Below, in pieces: positions 41,007 through 64,000 of a stretch of DNA of 64,000 nt. Positions within the stretch are counted from its first letter, which is position 1. Each line of letters starts with the position of its first letter. The DNA is from the human T2T-CHM13v2.0 reference genome, Homo sapiens. The stretch lies in the NCBI RefSeq assembly GCF_009914755.1, contig NC_060936.1; one strand, written 5' to 3'. Made by a program: the position numbers and the translations under genes. The notes beneath the pieces are model-generated. The model saw only the letters and a list, made by a program, of their open reading frames with translations, did not search any database and was not told the origin of the DNA.

Positions 41007-41395
41007 ATGTCTTAGGTAAAGCTCCCCAGAAACAGACTCCTAGACAGAGATGTGCATGCAGGGCTCACTGGTTTGTTGTTCATGGGGAGTACAGAGTGAC
41101 AACTCTTGGGAGTCAGGGAAGCAGAACTGGACAGAGGGAGAAGCTGAACTATAGTATCATTGCTATAGAGGCTTCAGCTGGGCTTATGGGGCACGGAGTG
41201 ACAAAAGTGCTAAGTTACCTCCGATGAGGCAACGTGTGGGCCTTTGTATCCATTAGTGACCATTCATTTGATGGTGCCTGACCTCAGGGAAGGGGTGTAG
41301 CCTTGTGCAAGGCCCTTGCTGAGAGCCATTCCAAGAGATGGACTCAGCTATGAGGCACCAACAGCTACCAGTGCGAGGATCCGAGTATCCACCAT
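41007..41395. mobile_element. LTR33-like ERVL LTR
   Basis: tgtcttagg...ccccagaaacagact...ggacagagggagaagctgaact. Confidence 0.5.
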
Positions 41396-41462
41396 AGCCT
41401 GCTGTGCAACTCTGAGTCATATTTAAAACTCAAAATCTGTGAGAAATGCTGGTTTGTTGGCT

Positions 41463-41660
41463 TATTTTTTATTTTTAGAGACAAGGTCTGTCTCTGTCAC
41501 ACAGGCTAGAGTGCAGCGGCACTTTAACCTTGAATTCCTAGGCTTAAAGAAGCCTACCACCTCAGCCTCACAAATAAGGATTGCTGGAGCCCGGGAGGTC
41601 AAGGCTACAGTGAGCTGTGATCATGCCACTGCACTCTAGACTGGGTGACAACAACAACAA
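41463..41660. mobile_element. Two abutting inverted Alu right-arm fragments
   Basis: Minus fragment at about 41463-41576 joined to plus fragment at about 41577-41660. Confidence 0.85.
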
Positions 41661-42369
41661 AATACCCTTACTTGTCAAACCCTTGGAAGCCCTTGGAAGA
41701 AAAGATCAGAGCTTGTTAGGTCTTGGGGAAAAAAAAAAAGAAATAGACAAGCAATATCACCCATCCAGTGGTTCCCCTCTATGGCTGACCCCTTATATTC
41801 CCAAAGCATTTTTCTTGCATATATCACTTAGAATCTGTCTTATATTAAATAACTTTTTGTTTTATTTTTGTTTTTCAGAAATCCATTGCTTGCTAATGTT
41901 TGTTTGTTTGTTTTTGGAGCTGGTGTCTGGAGCTGGTTCTCCACCTGTTGTGAGTTCCTGGAAAGATCTCAAGACCTATCCCATTTTCCTCCTAGTGAAG
42001 GTTGATATTCATAATAGTTGACACTCAGTACAGCACAGACACCGACCAATTCAAACTGACAGAGGTCTTAAGCAATTTTCATGACAATATTGGTGTATAG
42101 AGCTGAATATTTGTTCTACACATAGAAGGCATCCAATAAAAAATTTTGAATTGAATTTTATTGGTTTAGTAGTCCTGGCTGTGGTATCTAATGGCCTTCT
42201 TTCAGAAGTCAGGCAGCTTTTAATTTTTTTGTCCAAATATGATCATAATGATTTCTTTTCCTCCTTGATTTAGATTCTGCAGGAGTCTGTGAGTAATTTC
42301 GAAGAACTTTGCAAAAAACAGGACACTCTGTACCTGCAACGCCCGATATACAGCCTCTAGTCACAAGTA

Positions 42370-42560
42370 TAAGGTTGTTAGGTAAAATATGGCATGCTCA
42401 GTTAAATTTGAATTTCAGATAAAAAAGGATAATTTTATAGTATAAGTGTATTCCATGCAATATTTGGAGTGTACTTCAGCTACAGAATTATGTGTTGCTT
42501 ATTTGTAACTGATAATTAACTGAGCATCCTGTACTTTATTTGTTAAATCTAATAACCCTA
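42370..42560. mobile_element. MER53 palindromic hAT MITE nested in MER3/MER33-like element (about 42295-42730)
   Basis: cagttaaatttgaatttcagataaa; internal inverted repeat atgctcagttaa/ttaactgagcat; MER33-like end gaacatttccatcatcacagaa. Confidence 0.8.
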
Positions 42561-43399
42561 CTCATGAGTATCTGAATTTAACTTAATTAAAATTTAATTT
42601 AAAATTTAGTTCCTCAGTCTACTAGCCACATTTTATGTGCTCAATAGCCACATGTGGCTAATAGTTACCATCTTGAACAGTACAAATATAGAACATTTCC
42701 ATCATCACAGAACGTTCCGTTGGACATCACTTTTGCCAAGCAAAAGATAGCTTGTAAAAAACTATTTTACAGCTTTTAAAAAAAACTATGTTTGAGGCTG
42801 GGAAACTGCCAGGAAACCCTAGAAGGCCCCTTCTGACATAGCCAAGCCACAGTCTTCCTGTTCATCTGTTACTCTTACTGAATATGCAAGGTGTTTGATG
42901 AAAAGGTAGAAGGCATCTTTGTTCCAGAAAAACAAGTTGATATGAAAGAAGCAGCTTTGTGGATCTACATTTGTGAAGGCAGTTGTTCTACTTTCCTTCT
43001 GGACTACCAGAAAATAAGCTAGCTATCCATCCAAAGCAAGCAAAATTGTAAAAGCTCCTAAATGAAAAATGAGTGTATATCACTTACTAGTATTATTATA
43101 CATAGATTTTCTTAAATTAATAATCAGAGAGCATCATCAACTAGAATATCTGCTTAAAGCCCAAGTCATTGATTAACTTGGTAAGCACAGCAGAAGTACT
43201 GCCTCTCTTAATTAGCCTTTTGGGAGAAACCATGTTTTGAATTGCTGCCTATAGCCCTGGGAATCTTTTAAGAGCAGGAGCCAATTAAGATCTAGAAGAG
43301 ATATGTGCCAAAAGCTGATTTTTACATATGACTTGGCAAGTCTTAACAGAATCTGGCTGTCATACCAAATGGGACCAGCTAAAAGTGAATGAAACCTAT

Positions 43400-44280
<881 letters not shown>

Positions 44281-44282
44281 AG

Positions 44283-44713
44283 GTATTAGTCTATTCTCAC
44301 ATTGCTATAAATAAATATTTGAGGTTGGATACTTTGTAAAGAAAAGAGGTTTAATTGGATCATGGTTCTGCAGTCTGTACAGGAAGTATAGTGGCATCTG
44401 CTTCCAGGGAGGCCTCAGAAAACTTATAATCATGGTGGAAGGCGAATTCAAAGCAGGCCTCTCTTACATGGTGGCAGCAGAAGGAAGAGAGAGAGTTGGG
44501 GGGAGGTGCCACACGCTTTTAAACAGCCAGACCTCGTGAGAACTCAATCACCAGAACAGCACCAAAGGGGGAAATCCGTCTCCCATTATCCAGTCACCTC
44601 CCACCAGGCCCCGCCTCCAACAATGGGGATTACAATTCAATATGAGATTTGGGTGGGGACACAAATCAATTCGATTTGAGATTTGGGCGGGGACACAAAT
44701 CCAAATCATATCA
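44283..44713 (-). mobile_element. MST-family MaLR LTR
   Basis: gtattagtctattct...atcatatca; internal duplication gagatttgggyggggacacaaatc. Confidence 0.88.
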
Positions 44714-45099
44714 ACATGTACGTTTTGTGTGTTTGTTGGGTCAATCCGTGTAATAGTCTCTTGACCTTAGTGTTTGCTATAAGACACAGACATGAGATGC
44801 CCCTCCTATAGAATGATCCAAGCTGGAGATATGGAAGGAGTTCTGTCATTGGCCTCTGGCATTCTGGCTATATGGTTGGGATTCTAGAACTATCAGTAGC
44901 CATGTCTTCACTAGAATGTGGTCAACATGCAGAAGTAGAGAGCAGCTGGAGAGACGGAGAAAGAGAAAGCATACTGGTGTAATATGAGATGATCTATCCT
45001 GTTAACCTTAAGGCCAGTGTTTTTTCTTCCTTGCTATGGTTGGATTACGTGAGCCAATTAATTCTACCTCTTTTGCTAAACATAGCATGAATGTAGATG

Positions 45100-49230
<4,131 letters not shown>

Positions 49231-49234
49231 CAGG

Positions 49235-49535
49235 GGCCAGGCACGGTGGCTCACGCCTGTAACCCCAGCACTTTGGGAGGCTGAGGCAGGTGTATCACTT
49301 GAGGCCAGGAGTTTGAGACCAGCCTGGCCAATATGGTGAAACCCTGTCTCTACTAAAAATACAAAAATTAGCTGGATGTGGTGACGCATTCCTGAGTCCC
49401 AGCTACTAGGGAGGTCGAGGCTTGAGAATTACCAGAACCTGGGAGGCGGGGGTTGCAGTGAGCCAAGATCACGCCACTGCACTCCAGAGAGAGAGACTCT
49501 GTCTCAAAGAAATAAGTAAATAAATAAACAAATAA
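49235..49535 (+). mobile_element. AluS SINE
   Basis: Dimer; TSD tggaa(t/c)taca. Confidence 0.93.
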
Positions 49536-49864
49536 ATGGAACTACAATACAGTAAATGTCAGGATCTTGAGCAAATAACTCTGTTTCCTTAAGCCACAGT
49601 TTCCTTACCTATTTTTGAAAAGTGGTTGTGGGCCCCAGATAGGACTGGATTGAACTCTAAGTGCCTTTCAAGCTTCTTCTAAGACCCTGTTTTATGATTC
49701 CGTTTAAGTCACTTTTTTTCTCCAGGAAGGTACTATTTTATACGCTCCATTCAATGTAACTGAAAAAATACAAGGTAGATAAAAAACACTTTTTGTTCTT
49801 ATTTTGGGATGATGGGAAGGGGTGCTAAGGAATCTGTCTAACAAAGACAAGGATTAGGAAATGA

Positions 49865-50300
49865 CAGACTCCTGGAGTTGAAAGTGTCCTTAGAGGCCAT
49901 TCATTCCAGCCTAAGGTCCAATGTGGAAATTGCCCTTGGTATCGCTGACTGATGATCCAGCTCCTTCCTGCTTGAACATTTTCTGTAGCAAGGAGTTCAT
50001 TGGCTCACACAACAGTCGATTCCAGTTTAGGGAAGCTTTAATCATTAGCAAATTGTTGCTTATATTAAAGCTGAAATCTGCCTCCTTGTGACTTTCACCC
50101 TTCTGCCTGTTGGAACCATACAGAATAAATCTCATCCATTTTACACACACAAGTCCTTCGGATAGTTGAAGAATGTCATCTTGTCCCCAACGCAAATTAT
50201 CTTATCCACGCTATGTTTCCCAGGTTTCTTCAACAACTTTCATAGGACGTGATTTCCAAACCTTTTGCCACCCCAGGCTCCAATATTTGGCACTTGTTTT
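49865..50300 (-). mobile_element. CR1/L3 LINE fragment
   Basis: ccttagaggccattcattccagcc; cctgcttgaacatt; ttatattaaagctgaaatctgcctcc. Confidence 0.65.
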
Positions 50301-50329
50301 GTCAATTTCTTCTTTAAAAATAGTAGTCA

Positions 50330-50760
50330 GACTGAGTGCAGTGCCTCATACCTATAATCCCAGCATTTTTGGAAGCCAGGGTGGGAGGATTTCTTGAGCC
50401 CAGGAATCCTGGCCTGAACAACATGGCGAGACTCTGTCTCTACAAAAAATTAAAAAATTAGCTGGGTGTGGTGGTGTGTGCCTGTAGTCTCAGCTACTTG
50501 GGAGGCTGAAGTGGGAGGATCACTTCAGATCACTTCAGCCTGGGAGTTTGAGGCTGCAGTGAGCCGTGATCACACCACTGTGACAGAGCGAGACCCTGTT
50601 TCCAAAAAAAAACTTTTTAAAGTAGTGGTCAGGGCTGGGCACAGTGGTTCACACCTGTAATTCCAGTACTTTGGGAGGCTGAGGCAGAAGGATCACTTGA
50701 CCCCAGGAGTTCAAGACCAGCCTGGACAACATAGTGAGATCCCATCTCTAAAATTAAAAA
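50330..50760 (+). mobile_element. AluJ plus FLAM-like monomer
   Basis: Alu units at 50330-50610 and 50633-50760; tagtagtcag/tagtggtcag/tagtggccag recurs at junctions. Confidence 0.88.
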
Positions 50761-51334
50761 AAATATATAGTGGCCAGAACTGAGCATCATACTATCTATT
50801 AATGGTTCTTAAGCTTTTTTTTTTTTTTTTTTTTTTGAGGAGGTGGGGGTCAAACACACCTTTGGGAGTCAGGTGAAAACTATGTACCCTTCCTATAAAA
50901 GAATATAGACACAAAATTCTTTATTTGCTGAGGCATGGTGTTAATATTAATCAACAAACCAACCAAGGCTGTGTCTCGGAAGATTTAGTTGGTGTTTCTT
51001 TTAGTGTTTACTGAGTCATTACGATGTTGAATAGTACAGATCAGGGACAAAATTTGGCATGTGCCTGAGGTCCTCCCTCTGTACAGCTGTGCTCTTGATA
51101 TCTTCCAGCTCACATTTCTCCATTGTGCCCATGAAAATATCCTAATAGACTTCGTAATAAGCCTTGATAAAAATAAAAGGACACCATGTCTTATAGCATT
51201 TCCTTGATTCAGCAGGTTAGTGTTCTTATCAGAAAAGGAAATGGGCATTATGACAAGGCATTAGTTTTAGAGTTGATGCCATATTTATCATGTTATGCAA
51301 CAGTCGTGCTTCCGAGATTTGTGCAAATAATATA

Positions 51335-51550
51335 CTAATAATAACCAACATATATAGAACTTACTGATAGGCGCTGTTCCAAAGGGGTTACACCCACTTG
51401 CGAATTTAATCTAACAACCGATGCAGCGGGTGCTGCTATTATCCACGTTTTATAGATGAGGGAAAAGGCAGAGGGAGATTAAGGAGCTCGGACAAGTTAA
51501 GTAGCTACTAAGTGACAGAGCCAGGGTTTGAACCCAGGGTTTGTCTAGAG
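51335..51550 (-). mobile_element. MIR SINE
   Basis: attatccacgttttatagatgagg core; agccagggtttgaacccagg. Confidence 0.8.
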
Positions 51551-52077
51551 AATTCATGTGCAAATACAGCCTGGTAATTTTAAAATCTCAGACTTAGAGG
51601 AACACTGAGCTTTTAATAATTATCTGCAAATTTGGTTTCCTCCCTCAGGATGTCTATCCTGGTTCCACGCTGTTTACCTGTCAAAGAGAATGAATAGAGC
51701 ATCCTTAGCGCTTGCTATTTGCCCAGAAAAATATGTTTTCAGGTAGGCAAGTTTCTTTCTAATCAGTAAATACGAGAGGGGGAAAATCCTAAGACTCACT
51801 AAGATTCAGTGTCTTGGGTTTAGATGGAGGTTATATTTGGACATACAATTACCTGCTAGTAAAGTTAGTCACTGTGTAGGTGACTCTACGGCCGAACTCA
51901 TCCCCTTTCTGTGTCTCAGTTTCCCCATATATTTTATTCCAGTTTGCACCCTTCCTCAAAGGGACTGTGGGAGAAAGAGGATAAGTGTATGAGTTTGAGA
52001 AAAAGATAGCAGAAAAATACAAGGTGCCATTAGAAGTTATCTGTCCTGAACAATAAGCCATTACAGACCAATAAACA

Positions 52078-52260
52078 GGCCAGGCACGGTGTCATGCACC
52101 TGTAGTCCTAGCTACTGGGGAGGCTGAGGTGGGAGGATCATTTGAGCCCAGGAGTTAAAGGCTGCAGTGAGCCGAGATCATGCCACTGCACTCCAGCCTG
52201 GGCGACAGGGTGAGACCCTGCCCGCCCCTGCCAAAAAGAAAAGAAAAGAAAAGAAAAAAA
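52078..52260 (+). mobile_element. Alu right-arm monomer (FRAM-like)
   Basis: TSD agaccaataaaca on both sides. Confidence 0.9.
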
Positions 52261-53284
52261 TTTTAAAAGACCAATAAACACCGTTTTGGAATTAAAACTA
52301 CTGTAAAATAACGAACTTGAGTGGGCCATTGCATCACCTTTTAAAAATACAGATATGCAAGCCCAGCTAGAAAACTAATCCTAAATTTAACATGAGGATT
52401 AGGCCTGCCGTCCTCATTTAAATTAAGAGTCACATAAATTGCCGGCTATAACTTCAGGGACTATTGTTAATGAGGGATTTTAACTGTGAAGTGGACTGTT
52501 GTCAGGATCAGGAAGCAGGTCAGACTTTATTTGACACAATATTGCATGTCCCTTGTGCCTCTATTTTTACCTAAAAAAATATAAAAACTGACTGGGAAGG
52601 CCCTTTAAAACCCCAGTTAATATCATAGAAATACTAAAAGCTTATAGTGTGTTAGAAGCTGACAAGCTATCATAATATCTAAATGGATCTGTTGACCTTT
52701 AAAATGGAGCTTGGCTCTCATGTCCATTTGTCACAATTTCCTACTTATTTCCTTCCCCACCTTTTCCCCATTGTCAACTCTTGTTATTCTCAGTGGTCAT
52801 GGAAAAAAAAAATTACTTTGAGGGCCTTAATGTGATTGAAAACAACACAGACTGGCAGGTCATCCCTCCTCCTTACTGGACTATTTCTAACTGGGCTCAT
52901 TACAGAGCCTCTAAACAGTGAGAGTGAAAAGCCTCGAACACAAAGCTCGTTAAGGAATTCATTTTGGTCTTCCCCTCACTCCTCACCACAATGCTCTAGT
53001 GATTATATTCAGTCCAATTATGTATGTTCTACATGTAATTAAAATGTACAAGATGATCAGATTGCATAAGCTTTGAAATGGTCTTCTTATAAAACAGAGT
53101 ATCATTAATATTAGAGTGGAGAGAGAAACCGAATTTTGCAAAGAAGGAATGAATGCGAGATTGAGCTAGAGGAGATTGGATGAATGGGTTAGTCAAGCTG
53201 GGATGGAGAAGTAATGAATACGAAGCTCTATATCTTATATTTAGTATTTAAATAATTATAGTAATAATTTTTTAAAACCTTTAT

Positions 53285-54391
<1,107 letters not shown>

Positions 54392-55649
54392 TGCACAAAA
54401 TTAAACATTTTAAGTCAATCACGTAGTTAATCAACACCTGCTGTGCCCAAGGCCTTCTTAGAGAGGACACAAGTAAGTGTGAGGCATAGACCTTATTCTC
54501 AGCCAGCTTACATCTGATTGTGGAAATATGTAGGAATGTCAACAATGATCCTCCCGGTTAGCTGACAAGTTTTTCAACAAGCTGCTACACAGATTTTCAT
54601 TCATGTAACTCGATGATTAGAAGATGCTTCTTGAGAGGATCTGTGCACTTGAAAATCTCTTAGGAAATCTATTTTGGAATGTCATCTATCTTTAGGGGGT
54701 GGCCATGTATCACAGGTGTCTACAGAGGTAACACTGTTTTTTCCATTTCAAAAACTGAATCAGAATAGATGTGGCAATAAGGGCTAAGTCTTTACGGGGC
54801 TTCACATTGCTCTTCCAGCTGGTGTTCCGCCCTCGAGGCGTCCTTCTAATGACTACCTGTGGGCAAAGACAGCCCGACAGACTTTATTTTTCTAATCAAG
54901 ACCTAGCCCTGGTGTCCTGATTCTTTTTGGAAGCCAATCCACACTCCAACCTGTCTTGGCTTGTTATAGGCAGAGACAAGTGATAAGATCCCCTAGTCCT
55001 ATCCTGTCATAAGGTAATACCTCTGTCAAAGCTCCGTGGTGAGAGCTGTAGAGATGCATAGATAGAGAGCTGAAATCAGCCTGGCAGCTGACAGGGTCTA
55101 ATTTGAGAAGCTACTCCCTACCTGTACTAAACTATGAGGCCACACTACCTTGTTTTTCTCTAGGAAGCCCCACATTCATATCTAGTTTCCTTGTACACAT
55201 GCATACCCATAGCCTGGCCCCTTTATCATCATGACTATAATTATTGCTTAGCACCCTTATTGAAGAGTGAGAATTGCATAGCCTACAAGATGTGAAATTC
55301 AACATGCTTCTTCTCCAGTGGGAACCTCATCTAGATACGCATGCAAAAGACATTTCAAAGTATCTTAGGAAGGGTGGGGAAGGGAAAACACAGGAGGGTG
55401 AAATAAATAATCATTTCAGGATTTTCCAAGTAAGAAACTTCACAGGAAGTGGGTTCCAAAGGGAGTAGGTTGAGGTAACTTGCCACTCTGAAATAGAATG
55501 CCAACTTATTAATTCAGTTCAACGAAGGGCTCAGCTCTGGGAAGGTCAGCTTGCTAAGATCTCATTCACTACGGACTTCAGTGGCCCAGGTTCCTTTTCT
55601 TCATCTTCTTCCCCTATTGTTTCCTGGTATAATTTCATGAGCTTTGTGA

Positions 55650-56544
<895 letters not shown>

Positions 56545-56989
56545 TCAAAAAATTATCACTGAATGTCAAATTATGAATATATAAGTAGCATACAGAATGT
56601 GCCTTGATCATAAATGACTAAATAATGTAAGCAAACTCTTAGAGATCATAAGGAGTTGGGAAGCTTGTCCTTCTATTTACTGGTAAGGAGGTACTCAGGT
56701 GAACATTATGTTCAGAATCTTTTCAATATCTGTCTTGATAGCTATCCCTATCCCTCCCAACCATCGAAATGGATGAAAATGACCATTGCTTAAAGGTTTT
56801 TCAAACTGAATTAGTAATATCATTTTTTCATTTTTACCATAGAGTGTATGTAGACTTTTCAGGTAGGTTTCATATCTCTTGGGTATTGAGACAAATAGTT
56901 TGTAAGCAGAATAGGATGCTTTATAGAGTATTCAATAATTCAATATTATGTTTCAATAATTTTGGCACAACTAAATATCATTTTAAAAA

Positions 56990-60350
<3,361 letters not shown>

Positions 60351-60776
60351 CACCAAAAAATATATCTAGGTTGGATGAGGAGTAGTGGTGAAACAGTCCA
60401 ACAGGTGTATTTTGTAAAAGCTTCCTAGGTGATTCTGATAAATCTTTTCCTGTGAGAGCATGTTAAAGCCTGGGACATTTTAAATATTTCCCCCTATGTT
60501 CTTTCCAGATAATGTGAAAAACTTATACTTGGTAATGTCTTATGGTGACATACTGTGCAGCTATTAAAGAACGATGTTTCCAGAGAGTATGTAATACACT
60601 GGAAAAGCTTACGACATAATTATAAAATTTTTATCTGTCTGGAAAGAAATACGCCTACATATTAAAGGTTGCTATCTATGGCTGGGTAGATTTTCTGGTA
60701 ATTTTCACTTTCTTCCATACTTTATTCTGTAACGTTCAAATTATCTGCAACGAGTGACAATGTGTTAAGAAATTCA

Positions 60777-63400
<2,624 letters not shown>

Positions 63401-64000
63401 TCTTCATTGTTTATCTGCCTGATTCTCACTTCCTACTTCCAGATGACAGGGTTCCAGACGACAAAGAGGTAAAATAAAAATTACCCATAGGCAAGACAAA
63501 GGAGCATGGGAAAATGAGGGAAAGGAGACAAAAAAAAAAAAGAGAAATGCTCTTAAGGTGGGACAATTTTTCCCCTACACTTCAAGAAGCAACTTTATGT
63601 ATCAATATTTTGCCACATTCAAAGTAAGGTAGATTTTGTGTGTTTAGGATATTTCAGCCACTGTCTAAATCAAAGGTGTCTCTGACTTTCATTGCTAGCT
63701 AGTTACCAATGGCAGAAACCATGTAAACAAAAAAATGTGAATGGAAGGGAATAGAAAGAAACATGAATCAATCAATGTGAGAACATGAACAAGAACTAGA
63801 GAGAATAGAGACATGGTGAGACAGAATAACATACTTGTATTCTTCTTGTGGAACCAAATGTAAGGAAGTCAAACCTCTGAGCTTAGTGCATTCATTGTAT
63901 CCTGGGTTCTTTGTTATCTCTGTTTACAGTCACTTGATGTTTTATATGGAACATAGAGAGGTTGATTCTTTACTGGATAATTGAAGTGACAGAGAAAGGA

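Noticed and set aside
63425-63475. 26-nt candidate exon (ttccag...GAG|gtaaaa)
   Set aside because: Weak donor, not frame-preserving, and expected by chance.

Overview
Catarrhine primate (human-like) non-coding genomic DNA, identified by AluJ/S/Y elements, an L1PA 3' end and MER4-group ERV1 LTRs. No credible protein-coding exon, rRNA/tRNA gene, CpG-island promoter or prokaryote-type system is visible. The ORF-track entries are explained by Alu, L1, LTR or simple repeats, or are short unsupported ORFs. Most of the window is interspersed repeat: about 75 Alu copies or fragments by my count, several old L1M blocks, MaLR/ERV LTRs, hAT/Tigger fossils, MIR, L2 and CR1. The most structured object is a complete but non-coding minus-strand ERV1 provirus at 2198-11389. 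It has two LTRs, a 4-bp TSD (AGTA), a tRNA-Ser primer-binding site, a polypurine tract and an intact leader splice donor, and was later invaded by three solo LTRs, about ten Alus and a 210-bp Z-DNA-like tract. Other points: a TSD-flanked Y1 RNA retrocopy, target sites hit twice by Alus, a young 88-bp tandem duplication, a palindromic MER53, an Alu-fragment hairpin, and repeat-poor islands with candidate plus-strand exons and enhancer motifs. I do not see evidence for a new biological system. Repeat subfamily names come from recall of consensus sequences and need Dfam/RepeatMasker confirmation. Boundaries without a stated TSD are approximate.
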